DNA of 64,000 bases from Candidatus Multivoradales bacterium (GTDB lineage Bacteria > Acidobacteriota > Thermoanaerobaculia > Multivoradales > JAHEKO01): NCBI GenBank assembly GCA_965223155.1, contig CBDCVR010000014.1, positions 1,120,001 through 1,184,000 on the forward strand. The letters are read 5' to 3'. Positions 11,403-21,747 of this stretch are shown piece by piece (the first letter of the stretch is position 1; each line of letters opens with the position of its first letter). The notes under the pieces were generated by a model that was given only the letters and a program-made list of their open reading frames with translations, did not search any database and was not told the origin of the DNA. The translations under genes and the position numbers were made by a program.

Positions 11403-11711
11403 ATGAGAGAGAAAGACAGAGAGTTGCGCCGGCGCCGGCAGCGTCGTCTGAAGCGACTGAAGAAGCGCCGCCAAGAAGAGCTGAAGAAGGTCAAGACAAG
11501 CAGACCCAGCTCTTCGAAGCGCACGGCCGCAAGCGGAGCCGCCGCCAAGCCGGCGAAGAAGAAGACGGCCAAGAAAACAGCCAAGAAATCGGCGGCCAAG
11601 AAGACCACCAAGAAGAAGACCGCCAAGAAGAAGACGGCCAAGAAGGCCACCAAGAAGAAGACCGCCAAGAAAACCACCAAGAAGGCTGCCGACGACTCCT
11701 CGTCCGACTGA
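11403..11711 (+). CDS. Small highly basic histone H1-like protein (Arg-rich N-terminus, KKTAK repeats)
   Basis: RBS gggagg; [23 protein letters not shown]...[25 protein letters not shown]...DDSSSD. Confidence 0.75.
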   Translation: MREKDRELRRRRQRRLKRLKKRRQEELKKVKTSRPSSSKRTAASGAAAKPAKKKTAKKTAKKSAAKKTTKKKTAKKKTAKKATKKKTAKKTTKKAADDSSSD

Positions 11712-11721
11712 GCTCGAAGCC

Positions 11722-12987
11722 GTGGTCTCTGAACGCAGGCTGGCCGAAGTCGACCCCGACATCGCCCGGCTCGTAGAAGCCGAGACGCGTCGCCAGAACG
11801 ACGGTCTCGAGCTCATCGCCAGCGAGAACTTCACCAGCCGCGCCGTCCTCGAGGCCGCCGGCTCGGTCCTGACCAACAAGTACGCCGAAGGCTATCCGGG
11901 CCGGCGCTACTACGGCGGCTGCGAGGTGGTCGACGACGTCGAGCGGCTGGCAATCCAGCGCGCCCGAGACCTGTTTGGCGCCGAGCACGTCAACGTCCAG
12001 CCCCACAGCGGCACTCAGGCCAACGCCGCGGTCTACTTCGCCTGCCTCAAGCCCGGCGACACCATCATGGGCATGGATCTCGCCTGCGGCGGGCACCTGA
12101 CCCATGGACACCGGCTGTCCTACTCCGGACGGGACTTCAACGTCGTCGCCTACGGGGTCGACCGCACCAGCGAGCGCATCGATTTCGACGAGGTCGAGAG
12201 CCTGGCTCGCGAGCACCGGCCCCGGATCATCGTCTGCGGCGCCAGCGCCTACAGCCGGGTGATCGACTTCGAGCGTTTCCGGGCCATCGCCGACGCCTCC
12301 GGCTCCCTACTGCTGGCCGACATCGCCCATATCGCCGGGCTGGTCGCCGCCGGGCTCCATCCGTCCCCGGTTCCCCATTGCCACTTCGTCACCACCACCA
12401 CCCACAAGACCCTGCGCGGCCCCCGCGGCGGACTCATCATGTGCACCGCCGACTACGCCAAGGCGATCGACCGCGCCGTCTTTCCTGGCATGCAGGGCGG
12501 GCCGTTGATGCACATCATCGCGGCCAAGGCGGTGGCCCTCAAGGAAGCCGGGACCGACGAATTCCGAAGCTATCAGCAAGCGGTGGTGGCCAACGCCGCC
12601 GAGCTTGCCTCGAGCCTCCGGGAAGCGGGCCTCCGAGTGGTTTCGGGTGGCACCGACAATCATGTCTTCTTGATCGACGTCACCTCGGTTGGCATCACCG
12701 GGAAAGTCGCAGAAAAGGCCCTGGATGGCGCCGCCATCACGGCCAACAAGAACACGATCCCGTTCGACTCGAACCCGCCGCTCGTGGCCTCGGGCGTGCG
12801 CCTTGGAACCGCGGCTCTCACCAGCCGCGGCATGGGCCCGGCCGAAATGCGGACCGTCGGTGGCTGGATCGCGGCGATTCTCAAGGCTCCGAAGGACGCG
12901 GAGCTCTCCCGGCGGACGGTGACCGAGGTCCGTGCGCTGTGCGATCGATTCCCGATCTATCAAGGCGCGGCCCTGTCCGCCTCCTGA
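11722..12987 (+). CDS. glyA: Serine hydroxymethyltransferase
   Basis: [45 protein letters not shown]. Confidence 0.97.
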   Translation: MVSERRLAEVDPDIARLVEAETRRQNDGLELIASENFTSRAVLEAAGSVLTNKYAEGYPGRRYYGGCEVVDDVERLAIQRARDLFGAEHVNVQPHSGTQANAAVYFACLKPGDTIMGMDLACGGHLTHGHRLSYSGRDFNVVAYGVDRTSERIDFDEVESLAREHRPRIIVCGASAYSRVIDFERFRAIADASGSLLLADIAHIAGLVAAGLHPSPVPHCHFVTTTTHKTLRGPRGGLIMCTADYAKAIDRAVFPGMQGGPLMHIIAAKAVALKEAGTDEFRSYQQAVVANAAELASSLREAGLRVVSGGTDNHVFLIDVTSVGITGKVAEKALDGAAITANKNTIPFDSNPPLVASGVRLGTAALTSRGMGPAEMRTVGGWIAAILKAPKDAELSRRTVTEVRALCDRFPIYQGAALSAS

Positions 12988-13039
12988 CCCGGCGTTTCTG
13001 TCAAGTACTGGCCGGCGGCCGAGGAAGCCCCGCGCCAGC

Positions 13040-14458
13040 CTATCGAGTTGGCGCGAAGAGATCGCGCAGTGCCGATGGGACTCCCCAGCGCCGCCGGAGC
13101 TCCCGCCGTACCCAGCCCACGAGATAGAGGGAGCCGAAAACGACCAGATCCCGCTCGCCCGCCAGGGCGGCATCCAGAGCCGCGCGGGCGTCAGCCACGA
13201 CTTGGACCCGGCCACGGGAGTCCGCCGCCCCCGATTCGTCACGGCTGGCGGCACCCGCCACCAACCGCGCCAGGGCCTCGGGCTCTTGAGCCTTGCCGCC
13301 GGGCACGCGAGTAACCGTCCAGAACGCCAATTGGGGAGCAATTGGCGCCACCATCGATGCGGCGTCCTTGTCGTCAAGGACACCGAACAGGACGTCGAAG
13401 GTCCGTTGCCGCCCGCCGGCCTCCCCGCTGCCGCCTGAGAGCCCGGCCAGGAACTCTGCCAACCGCTCCGCCCCCAGCGGATTGTGGGCACCGTCCAGCC
13501 AAACGACCTTGCTCACACCCGCGCCGAGATCCAATTCGATTCTTTCGAGCCGTCCAGGCCACCGCACTCCCGTGGCTCCGCGCTCGATCGCTTCCTCGTC
13601 GATCGCCTCCCAGCCCATCGCCGCCAGACGCCGGGCGGCGGTGGCCGCGAGCTCCAGGTTTTCCCTCTGATGCGACCCGGGCAGGCACGAGGGCGGCACG
13701 GGACCGCTCACTTCGAGGAGAACCGCGCCGAGGTCTCGCGCTGAGCGCTCGATCGCTTCGCGCGCCTCGGGCTCCGACATGCCAACGATCACCGGCACGC
13801 CGGGCCGCATGATGCCGGCCTTCTCGGCCGCGATCGCGCTCAACGAATCGCCGAGCTGCCGGCAATGATCGAGACCGATCTCGGTGATCACGCTCAGCAC
13901 CGGCTGGAACGCGTTGGTGGCGTCCAGACGGCCCCCCAGGCCCACTTCGAAGACGGCGACCTCGACGTCGTGCCTGCGAAACCAAACCGCCGCGGCCAGG
14001 GTCAGCAGCTCGAAGTAGGATGGCCGATCGAGGTTCGCCCGATCGATCTCGACGAGGAGCTCCTTCAAGAGGAGCGCGAGCTCGGCCCGGCCGATGGCCC
14101 GGCCGTCGATCCTGAGCCGCTCCTCGACGCCTTCCAGGTGGGGAGAGGTGTAGAGCCCCGAGCGCAGCCCGGCCGCCGACACGATCGACGCCAGAAAGGC
14201 CGCAGTCGATCCCTTGCCGTTGGTCCCGGCAATCAGCACGACAGCCGGGTTGCGAGCCGCTGGCCCAAAGTGCTCGACCAGGCGCGCCATGCGCTCCAAG
14301 CCGAACTTGACTCGGCTGGTCTCGAGTCCCTCGAGTACCGCGTCCGGGTCGGACGCTTCGATCCCGTCCCGAGACAGCGAACTCTTGCTCCCCGACGCCG
14401 GCGCCCGTCCTGCGCCGAGCTCTCGGCGGCCGCCTTCCCGATCCGTCAATGTCTCCAA
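13040..14458 (-). CDS. folC: Folylpolyglutamate/dihydrofolate synthase (start uncertain)
   Basis: IAGTNGKGST, YTSPHL, EVGLGGRLDATN, WPGRLE, LDGAHNP, FGSLYLVG; follows accD. Confidence 0.93.
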   Translation of the reverse strand: METLTDREGGRRELGAGRAPASGSKSSLSRDGIEASDPDAVLEGLETSRVKFGLERMARLVEHFGPAARNPAVVLIAGTNGKGSTAAFLASIVSAAGLRSGLYTSPHLEGVEERLRIDGRAIGRAELALLLKELLVEIDRANLDRPSYFELLTLAAAVWFRRHDVEVAVFEVGLGGRLDATNAFQPVLSVITEIGLDHCRQLGDSLSAIAAEKAGIMRPGVPVIVGMSEPEAREAIERSARDLGAVLLEVSGPVPPSCLPGSHQRENLELAATAARRLAAMGWEAIDEEAIERGATGVRWPGRLERIELDLGAGVSKVVWLDGAHNPLGAERLAEFLAGLSGGSGEAGGRQRTFDVLFGVLDDKDAASMVAPIAPQLAFWTVTRVPGGKAQEPEALARLVAGAASRDESGAADSRGRVQVVADARAALDAALAGERDLVVFGSLYLVGWVRRELRRRWGVPSALRDLFAPTR

Positions 14459-14469
14459 CCGCGCGCAGG

Positions 14470-15336
14470 TCAGCTCGACGCTTCGAGATGCGCCGAAAGG
14501 TGGCCGAGGGCGTTCGCTAGCACATCCTTCAGCTCACCGCGCGGAACCACCCGGTCCAGGAAGCCGTGCTCGAGCAAGAACTCGCTGCGCTGGAATCCCT
14601 CGGGAAGACTCTCGCGAATGGTCTGCTCGATCACCCGAGGTCCGGCGAAACCGATGAGCGCGCCGGGCTCGGCAATGTTGAGATCGCCCAGCATTCCAAA
14701 CGAGGCCGTAACACCGCCCGTCGTCGGATCGGTCAACACCGAAAGGAACGGCACCCCTTCGGCACGCAGGCGCGCCAGCACCACCGTCACCTTGCCCATC
14801 TGCATGAGCGAGACCACGCCTTCCTGCATCCGGGCGCCGCCCGAGGCGCAGACTACGACCAGGGCACGCTTCGAGCGTAGCGACTCCTCGCCCGCGCGGG
14901 CGATCTTCTCGCCAACCACCGAGCCCATCGAGCCGCCCATGAACGCGTACTCCATGACCGCCAGGACCACCGGTACACCTCCGATGTGACCCTCGGCGAC
15001 CACCACCGCTTCTTCCTCGCCCGAGGAGTCCCGGTAGTCGCGAGCCCGGTCGGAATAGCGCTTGCGATCCTTGAACCTGAGCGGATCGGCGGACAGCAGG
15101 CCGGAGAAGAGCTCGCGGGGCTCGTCCTCGTCGAGCAGCAGGCCGATCCGTTGCCGGGCCGAGATCCGGAAATGAAACCCGCACTTGGGACAGATCTTGA
15201 GGTTCCGCTCGAGCTCTTTCGAATAGACGATCTCGCGACACCCGTCACAGCGCACCCAGAGCCCCTCGGGCACTGTGCTCGGTGGGCGCTTGGGCCGTGC
15301 CGTGCGAGGCTTCTTGGATTTGCGGAACCAGGCCAT
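14470..15336 (-). CDS. accD: Acetyl-CoA carboxylase carboxyltransferase beta subunit
   Basis: MAWF start; zinc ribbon VPEGLWVRCDGC...CPKC; FMGGSMGSVVGEK, SGGARMQEG, PTTGGVTASF. Confidence 0.95.
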   Translation of the reverse strand: MAWFRKSKKPRTARPKRPPSTVPEGLWVRCDGCREIVYSKELERNLKICPKCGFHFRISARQRIGLLLDEDEPRELFSGLLSADPLRFKDRKRYSDRARDYRDSSGEEEAVVVAEGHIGGVPVVLAVMEYAFMGGSMGSVVGEKIARAGEESLRSKRALVVVCASGGARMQEGVVSLMQMGKVTVVLARLRAEGVPFLSVLTDPTTGGVTASFGMLGDLNIAEPGALIGFAGPRVIEQTIRESLPEGFQRSEFLLEHGFLDRVVPRGELKDVLANALGHLSAHLEASS

Positions 15337-15452
15337 GGAGACGTTCCCGAAAGCGGCGCTGCGGCTTTGCCGGAGCCACCGGAACCGCGAAATCGTAGCA
15401 AACCGGCCGGCGGGCTCCATCCGCTCAGCGGAGGCCGCGATCACGGCCTGGA

Positions 15453-17738
15453 TCAGGAATCGGGCGCGGTGCCGTCCTCGCCCGCCCGCCGCTCGTCCTC
15501 CACCATGGTCTCCTTGAGCGCCTCTTCCCGCCGCCGCACTTCGTCGTCCAGAACCGAGGCACCAGGCTCGGCTTGCTCTTCTTGCTCGGTGGGCGCCGGC
15601 TGCCGCCCGGTCCCGGCCCAATCCAGAGCCATCTTGAGAGCCCCTGCCACCAGGGCCGCCGCCAGGAGCCCCGCGAAGACACCCAGCCAGAACTTCAGGG
15701 CCCGGCTGCGGCCGACGCGCATGGCCAACGTCTCGGTCGAGGGCCCGGCCACGGTGCTGAGCGAATCCGGATCCCCAGCGTCCACGTCGTTCGCGGGGGC
15801 GGCGGATGCGCCAAGTTCCGCGACAATGAGTGGATCCCGAAAGAGATCTTCCAGGAACTCGCCCAACGCCTCTTCGGAGGGCTCGGGTCGGCGGCGCCGG
15901 CCCAAGCGGTGCAAGTCGGCCGCAAACTCGGCGGCCGACTCGTACCGATCGGAGCGCTCTCGGGCAAGGGATTTCAACAACACGCCGGCCACCTCGGGAT
16001 CCAGGGCCGGATCGAAACGCCGAGGATCTTCGACCTTGCCCGCGCGCACGACATCCAGGAGGGAAAGCTCGTTGTCGGCAGCAAACAAGCGCCTGCCGAC
16101 CGCCATCTCGTAGAGGACGCTTCCCAGCGAGTAGAGATCGCTACGCCCGTCGACCGGCCGGCCTGAAGCCTGTTCCGGGGACATGTACTGGAGCTTCCCC
16201 TTGAGCTCGCCGATCTCGGTGCGAACGACCGACGAGACCGCCTTGGCGACGCCAAAGTCGCAGAGCCGGATTCGTCCGTCCCAGCCGATCAGGACGTTGC
16301 GCGGGGAAACGTCGCGATGCACGAGTCCCAACGGCTGACCGTCGGCTCCCGTGCGGGCGTGGGCGTAGGCCAAGCCGTCGGCCACCTCGCCGGCGATCAA
16401 CAGCGCCAGCCCGAGCGGCATGCGCTCCCCGCCGCGCCGCAACCGGTTCAAGACGCTGCGCAGATCGCGGCCTTCGACATACTCCATGGCGATGAAGAAG
16501 CTGCCCTCGATCTTGCCGAGATCGTAGATGTCGACCAGATTCTCGTGGCTGAGCTGCGCCGCCAGCTTGGCCTCGTCGATGAACATGCGCACGAAGTCGT
16601 CGTTCTCAGCCAGGTGCGGCAGGATCCTCTTGATCGCAACGACCTTGCGAAAGCCTTCGAGCCCGAGCATGCTGGCCCGCCAGACCTCGGCCATGCCGCC
16701 GACCGCGATGCGCTCGTGCAGAACGTATTGTCCGAACGGCTGGCCTTCGATGGATGAGGACACGGGCGCGCCCGCGACCGCGTCGGACACCGGCTCCTGG
16801 ACCTCGGAGACTCCCTCGACGTCTCCTGGCTCGGCCGCCGGATCGCTCCCAGCCGTCGCGCCGAGCGCGCCATCGGTCGCGGCCGGATCCGGGACTCGGG
16901 GCTTCGTGCCGACGCTGTCCGGTTCAGACGGCACTGTCAAACCAGCGATAGCAAGTTCCTGGACGTCTGGGGCGGGGGCAGGAGTCTCCGCACCGGATTC
17001 CTGCCCGCCGACCTCTTGCGGTTCATCCGCTTCGTCCGGCGAGGCAACGCCCGGTCCTGGCGTCTGTGTCGTTGCCGGAGCCGTTTCCTGAGCCAGTGCC
17101 GGTGCCGGTACCGGAGTCTCTGCCGTTGCCTCGATCTCCGAAGACTCGCCGCGCTCGATCCCCTCGGTGACCGCGCTCGCGGCGGGAACCGGCGGCTCGG
17201 CCGGCGTTACGATTGGGAGTTCGGGTTCCGAAGCCGACTCGATCGACGCGGTCGGCTCCGCTTCGGTGGGCGCCTGAGCGGCTTCGCCTTCGAGCTCCGA
17301 GACCAGATCCCCGAAGATCTCGCTCGAGGTCAGCTTCTTGCCGATATTGGCGGCCACGCCTCCGGCCGACTGGTGGGGCGCCTCCAGCACCCTCCCGGCG
17401 GCCTCGACCAGTGCCTCCGCCTTGGGCGGCCGGCTCAGGACCTGATCCGCTCCGGCTTCCACCACCGCCAGCGTCGAGCTTTCATCCTCTCCCTCGCCGC
17501 TCGGTGCCATGACCAAGGCGCCCGGCCCGCCGTTCTTGGAGCCAAAGGTTCGCACCAACTCGGAAGCGCCTTCGAGGGCGGCATCGATCAGCACCAGCCC
17601 GGGCTCGTGATCCGCCGCGGCGCGCATCGCCGCCTCGCGGCCGGCCACCACGGTCACCCACCACCCCTGGGCCGCCAGCACTTCCCGCACGGCCCGCGCC
17701 AGGTCGGGCTCGGCCGTCACTACCAGGACGAACTCCAT
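15453..17738 (-). CDS. Receiver domain + acidic linker + Hanks-type Ser/Thr kinase + single TM
   Basis: MEFVLVV...GLVLIDAAL receiver-like N-terminus; kinase IAVGGMAEV, VAIK, HRDVSPRN, DFG, YMSPEQ; C-terminal TM FWLGVFAGLLAAALVAG. Confidence 0.85.
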   Translation of the reverse strand: MEFVLVVTAEPDLARAVREVLAAQGWWVTVVAGREAAMRAAADHEPGLVLIDAALEGASELVRTFGSKNGGPGALVMAPSGEGEDESSTLAVVEAGADQVLSRPPKAEALVEAAGRVLEAPHQSAGGVAANIGKKLTSSEIFGDLVSELEGEAAQAPTEAEPTASIESASEPELPIVTPAEPPVPAASAVTEGIERGESSEIEATAETPVPAPALAQETAPATTQTPGPGVASPDEADEPQEVGGQESGAETPAPAPDVQELAIAGLTVPSEPDSVGTKPRVPDPAATDGALGATAGSDPAAEPGDVEGVSEVQEPVSDAVAGAPVSSSIEGQPFGQYVLHERIAVGGMAEVWRASMLGLEGFRKVVAIKRILPHLAENDDFVRMFIDEAKLAAQLSHENLVDIYDLGKIEGSFFIAMEYVEGRDLRSVLNRLRRGGERMPLGLALLIAGEVADGLAYAHARTGADGQPLGLVHRDVSPRNVLIGWDGRIRLCDFGVAKAVSSVVRTEIGELKGKLQYMSPEQASGRPVDGRSDLYSLGSVLYEMAVGRRLFAADNELSLLDVVRAGKVEDPRRFDPALDPEVAGVLLKSLARERSDRYESAAEFAADLHRLGRRRRPEPSEEALGEFLEDLFRDPLIVAELGASAAPANDVDAGDPDSLSTVAGPSTETLAMRVGRSRALKFWLGVFAGLLAAALVAGALKMALDWAGTGRQPAPTEQEEQAEPGASVLDDEVRRREEALKETMVEDERRAGEDGTAPDS

Positions 17739-17861
17739 ACCGGAAGCTGTAATAACAGTCCCTCCGATCGCGGTCAATGGACTGTCGCCGGCGGCCCGCC
17801 ACCAGTGGCCGCCCTGGCGCCGAGATAAGATTGGTCCCGCCCCGCGGGGCGCGGAGGAATC

Positions 17862-18602
17862 ATGGCCGGACATAGCAAGTGGGCGCAGATCAAGCGCAAG
17901 AAGGCGGTCACCGACGCTCGCCGCGGCAAGCTCTGGACCAAGCTCTTGAAGGAGGTCACCGTCGCTGCTCGGATCGGCGGCGGCGACCCGGCGGGCAATC
18001 CGAGACTGCGCGTCGCGATCCAGGACGCCAAGGCCAGCAACGTACCCAACGAGAACATCGACCGCGCGATCAAACGCGGTACCGGAGACCTCGATGGCGT
18101 TACCTACGACGAGATCAACTACGAAGGATACGGCCCCGGAGGCTGCGCGCTTCTGATCGAGGCAATGACCGACAACCGGAATCGAACGGTGGCCGAGATC
18201 CGGCACCTGCTGTCCAAGCACGGAGGCAGCCTGGGCGAAGCCGGCTCGGTGGCTTGGTTGTTCGACAAGCGCGGCTACGTCGCCGTCGAGACCGCGGCCG
18301 TCGATGAAGAGACGTTGATGGAGATCGCCCTCGAGCACGACGCCGACGACATCATCTCGAACGACGACGTCCACGAGATCTACACCTCTGCCGAAAGCTA
18401 CGCCGACTTCAAGGAAGCTCTGGAAGGAGCCGCAATCTCGATCGCGGCCTCCGAACTGGGCATGGTGCCGCAGACCTTCGTCGAGCCCGACGAGGACGAT
18501 CTCGAGCGGACCCTGCGGCTGATCGAAGCTCTGGAAGACCATGACGACGTCCAGAACGTCTGGTCGAACTTGAGCGCCGAGCTGGCCGCGGCGGTCGGCT
18601 GA
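17862..18602 (+). CDS. yebC: YebC/PmpR family protein
   Basis: MAGHSKWAQIKRKK, YEGYGPGG, TDNRNRT, DDVQNVWSN. Confidence 0.96.
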   Translation: MAGHSKWAQIKRKKAVTDARRGKLWTKLLKEVTVAARIGGGDPAGNPRLRVAIQDAKASNVPNENIDRAIKRGTGDLDGVTYDEINYEGYGPGGCALLIEAMTDNRNRTVAEIRHLLSKHGGSLGEAGSVAWLFDKRGYVAVETAAVDEETLMEIALEHDADDIISNDDVHEIYTSAESYADFKEALEGAAISIAASELGMVPQTFVEPDEDDLERTLRLIEALEDHDDVQNVWSNLSAELAAAVG

Positions 18603-18613
18603 GCGCGCTGCCC

Positions 18614-19108
18614 GTGCGCATCCTGGGCATCGACCCCGGCAGCCGGCACACCGGCTACGGTGTTCTGACCAGCTCTGGCGGCAAGCTCTCGGTGGTCTGC
18701 TACGGCCGGCTCTCGCCCAAGCCCAAGTCCGATCTGCCCAGCCGTCTGGCGCAGCTCCTGGACGGGATGGGCGAGCTCCTGGACGAACAGGAACCGACCC
18801 TGGCCGCTCTCGAGACACCCTTTCAGGGCCTGAATCCGCGCTCGCTCATCGCCCTGGCGCAAGCCCGGGGCGCCCTGCTGGCCGAGATCGCCCGGCGCGG
18901 GGTGGCGGTGCGCGAATACTCACCGACCCAGGTCAAGACGGCGGTCTCGGGATACGGCCGGGCGAGCAAGGATCAGGTCATCCAGATGGTCTGCCGGATC
19001 CTGGGCATCGACGGCAAGCCGCCAAACTCGGATGCCGCCGACGCCCTGGCCGTCGCCATCTGCTGCGCTCACCGCCGCAAGCTCGAAGCCCTCGAAGCTG
19101 GCCGCTAG
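18614..19108 (+). CDS. ruvC: Holliday junction resolvase
   Basis: ILGIDPGSRHTGYG, LAQARG, GYGRASKDQV, DAADALAVA. Confidence 0.95.
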   Translation: MRILGIDPGSRHTGYGVLTSSGGKLSVVCYGRLSPKPKSDLPSRLAQLLDGMGELLDEQEPTLAALETPFQGLNPRSLIALAQARGALLAEIARRGVAVREYSPTQVKTAVSGYGRASKDQVIQMVCRILGIDGKPPNSDAADALAVAICCAHRRKLEALEAGR

Positions 19109-19323
19109 GACCTCGCGTTTCTTGTCTTGCCAGAAGCCCCTGTGCTAGTGTCTCCGCTTGTCTCCAACGCGGTGACCATCGTGAATCGCAGAAACGGAAT
19201 GAAGGGTTTTCGCCCCCCGAGCCTAGACCTCACCACCACCGGTCGTGGACCCAATCGAGGCGCGAAACCCGGGAACTCACACCCGGGGCTCCGGGTCTAA
19301 CTCTCTGGAAGAGGAGGAACAGA

Positions 19324-19995
19324 GTGGCCGATTTTGGCGGAACTTTCGTACAGATCTTCAAGGACGGCGGCTTCGTCATGTGGCCGCTTCTCATTTTCTC
19401 GTTGCTCTCCATCATCTTCATCGTCGAGCGCTGGCTGGCCCTGCGAAAGGCCAAGGTCAACGTCAACGAGTTCCTGGCCAAGACCCGGAAGGAACTCATC
19501 GTCAACCGCTCGATCAAGAACGCCATCAAGGTGTGCGAGGACTATCGCGGTCCCGTGGCTTCGATTCTCAAGGCCGGCCTGCTCAAGTATGGCCAGCCCC
19601 GGGAAGACATCGAAAAGACGATCGAGAACGCCGCTCTCTATGAGATGGGGAGGCTCGAGCGCAATCTCGTGTGGCTCGCGAGTATCGCCAACGTGGCTCC
19701 CTTGCTGGGCTTCTTCGGCACCGTCGTCGGCATGATCAAGTCCTTCGACGCACTGGCCGAAGCGGGTCTCTCGAATCCCGGCCTGGTTGCCGCGGGTATC
19801 TCCGAAGCGCTGATCACGACCGCCGCCGGCCTGTTCGTGGCAATTCCCGCCCAGCTCGCCTACAACTTCTTCATGAGTCGGATCAACAAGTTCGTGCGCG
19901 ACATCGAAACCTCGTCCAACATGCTTCTCGAGACGTTCGGTGAGATGGAGCGAAGCGGTGTCTCCCCGGAGGGTCCTGGCGCTCCCAAGGCGTAA
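19324..19995 (+). CDS. exbB: MotA/TolQ/ExbB proton channel protein
   Basis: GGFVMWPL, APLLGFFGTVVGMI, GISEALITTAAGL; RBS gaggagg. Confidence 0.9.
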   Translation: MADFGGTFVQIFKDGGFVMWPLLIFSLLSIIFIVERWLALRKAKVNVNEFLAKTRKELIVNRSIKNAIKVCEDYRGPVASILKAGLLKYGQPREDIEKTIENAALYEMGRLERNLVWLASIANVAPLLGFFGTVVGMIKSFDALAEAGLSNPGLVAAGISEALITTAAGLFVAIPAQLAYNFFMSRINKFVRDIETSSNMLLETFGEMERSGVSPEGPGAPKA

Positions 19996-20025
19996 GCGGA
20001 AACCTTCTCTAAGGAGCAAACTGCG

Positions 20026-20466
20026 ATGAAACTACAGGCCCGCTCGGTTCAAAACACCGGAATCCCGACGGCCTCGATGGCGGACATCGCCTTCCTGCTG
20101 ATCATCTTCTTCATGGTCACGATCTCGTTCGAGGTCGACAAGACCACGGTAACGCTGCCCAAGACCGACATCCGCCTCGAGATTCCCAAGAAGTCGGCCT
20201 TCATCTCGGTCACCCAAAACGGCCAGATCCGGGTCAGCAGCGGTGAAGATATCAGCGTTCCGGTCCCCGGCCCGGAGGAGGTTCTCTCCTTCGCCGCCGG
20301 AGTCGTGCAACAGGATCCCAACAAGGCGTTCGTCCTCAAGGCAGACGACGGGGTGCCCTACCAGTACGTGGACCGCGTCATCGATTCGCTCAAGCAGGCC
20401 AAGGCCCAGGTCATCTACCTGCTGTCGGATCAGGAAACCGTTGGAGCAGCAGGAGGTACCGGATGA
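20026..20466 (+). CDS. exbD: ExbD/TolR family protein
   Basis: TM SMADIAFLLIIFFMV with the conserved Asp; LKAD...Y..V. Confidence 0.88.
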   Translation: MKLQARSVQNTGIPTASMADIAFLLIIFFMVTISFEVDKTTVTLPKTDIRLEIPKKSAFISVTQNGQIRVSSGEDISVPVPGPEEVLSFAAGVVQQDPNKAFVLKADDGVPYQYVDRVIDSLKQAKAQVIYLLSDQETVGAAGGTG

Positions 20467-20900
20467 AGCTCAAACGCGATGGAGTCAGCGACGAGATCCC
20501 GACATCCTCGATGGCGGACATCGCCTTCCTGCTGATCATCTATTTCATGGTCACGACCACCTTCGCGGCGACCCGAGGCCTCGACTTCTCGCTGCCGCAG
20601 GAAGACGACACGCCACCGATGGTCGAGAAGGAAGAGGCCGTGCTGATCGAGATTCAGTCCGGCGGCGTCTTCGTCGTCGACCAGAAGCCGATGCCGCTCG
20701 ACCAGATTCTGGAGTACCTGAAGCCCAAGCTGGAGCGGAACCCGAAGAAGCCCGTCATCATCCGGCCGGATCAGAACACCGAGTACGGATACATGGTGGA
20801 TGTCTTCGACGAGCTACGGCAAGCGCAAGACAAGATCGGCTTGGAGGTCAAGAACATCTCCATTCCGACACAACGTGAAATCGAAATGTTCTGGTTCTAG
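20463..20900 (+). CDS. exbD: Second ExbD/TolR family protein
   Basis: SMADIAFLLIIYFMVTTTF; ATGA overlap with the previous gene. Confidence 0.88.
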   Translation: MKLKRDGVSDEIPTSSMADIAFLLIIYFMVTTTFAATRGLDFSLPQEDDTPPMVEKEEAVLIEIQSGGVFVVDQKPMPLDQILEYLKPKLERNPKKPVIIRPDQNTEYGYMVDVFDELRQAQDKIGLEVKNISIPTQREIEMFWF

Positions 20901-20909
20901 GGGGTTGCC

Positions 20910-21620
20910 ATGGCAGAAAACGTGACACCCAAGAAGACCGCCGATGCCGCCGACAGTGGTGGCGGCGAGTTTCTGACCTTCGCGATGGAGGACCGGGAGG
21001 ACAAGAAGACGATGCGCATGGCGGTGATCTTCGCCATCATCGCTCACGCCATCTTCTTCATCATCAACTGGCCCGAAGCGCAGGCGGAAGAGCACGAGCA
21101 GAAGAAGCCCAAGGTCTACGTCGTCCAGCAGGTGCGCTTCAAGCCTCCGCCACCCAAGCAGCAGCAGGAGATTCCGAAGCCGCGTTCCAAGAAGGTGCCG
21201 ATTCCCGATCCGACTCCGGACGAGCCGGAGCCGATTCGTATCGAGGAAGAGATCGAGCCCGAGCTGGAGATGCCGGACACGGACATCGTCTTCGGGATTC
21301 CCGAGGGCCCGCCGCCGATCGAGCCGACGGGTCCGATCCGTGTCGGTGGCGACGTCAAGCCGCCCAAGAAGGTTCACTACCCGTCGCCTCAGTACACCGA
21401 GATCGCGCGAAAAGCGCGCATCACCGGCGTCGTCATCGTCGAGGCGATCATCGACAAGCAGGGCAGCGTCACCAACGTCAAGGTGCTCAAGGGACTTCCC
21501 ATGGGGCTCGACCAGGCCGCGGCCGAAGCCGTGCGCAAGTGGAAGTTCGAGCCCGCCACGCTCAATGGCAAGCCCGTTGCCGTCATCTACAACCTGACGG
21601 TCAACTTCCAGCTCCAGTGA
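20910..21620 (+). CDS. tonB: TonB family energy transducer
   Basis: TM with His (AIIAHAIFF), Pro-rich linker, TonB_C YTEIARKARITGVV...WKFEPA. Confidence 0.88.
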   Translation: MAENVTPKKTADAADSGGGEFLTFAMEDREDKKTMRMAVIFAIIAHAIFFIINWPEAQAEEHEQKKPKVYVVQQVRFKPPPPKQQQEIPKPRSKKVPIPDPTPDEPEPIRIEEEIEPELEMPDTDIVFGIPEGPPPIEPTGPIRVGGDVKPPKKVHYPSPQYTEIARKARITGVVIVEAIIDKQGSVTNVKVLKGLPMGLDQAAAEAVRKWKFEPATLNGKPVAVIYNLTVNFQLQ

Positions 21621-21685
21621 CCTGCCGGCGTCCTCGGTCCCCGCTCAGACTCGAGTGGGGACCGATGCGCCGTGCTTACCGGCCC

Positions 21686-21702
21686 CTGGCATGTGCCTTG
21701 CT
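21686..21702 (+). promoter_or_regulatory. Sigma54 (-24/-12) promoter upstream of the TPR gene
   Basis: CTGGCATGTGCCTTGCT: GG-N10-GC in TGGC...TTGC consensus, about 45 bp before ATG 21748. Confidence 0.65.
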
Positions 21703-21747
21703 CTTTCAACACAGCGAGTGAGCGGGGAGCATGAAAGGAGACTTGAA

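Noticed and set aside
11540-11690. Possible CRISPR or other non-coding repeat array
   Set aside because: These are degenerate 12-15-bp units with no spacers that encode KKTAK repeats. No CRISPR array or cas gene is seen anywhere in the window.
17739-18818. 1121-aa version of the Ser/Thr kinase
   Set aside because: The N-terminal 360 aa are antisense to yebC/ruvC; the plausible start is ATG 17738.
19150-19323. Riboswitch (cobalamin or c-di-GMP) in the exbB leader
   Set aside because: Only fragmentary resemblance; conserved cores could not be matched by eye. A cmscan would settle it.
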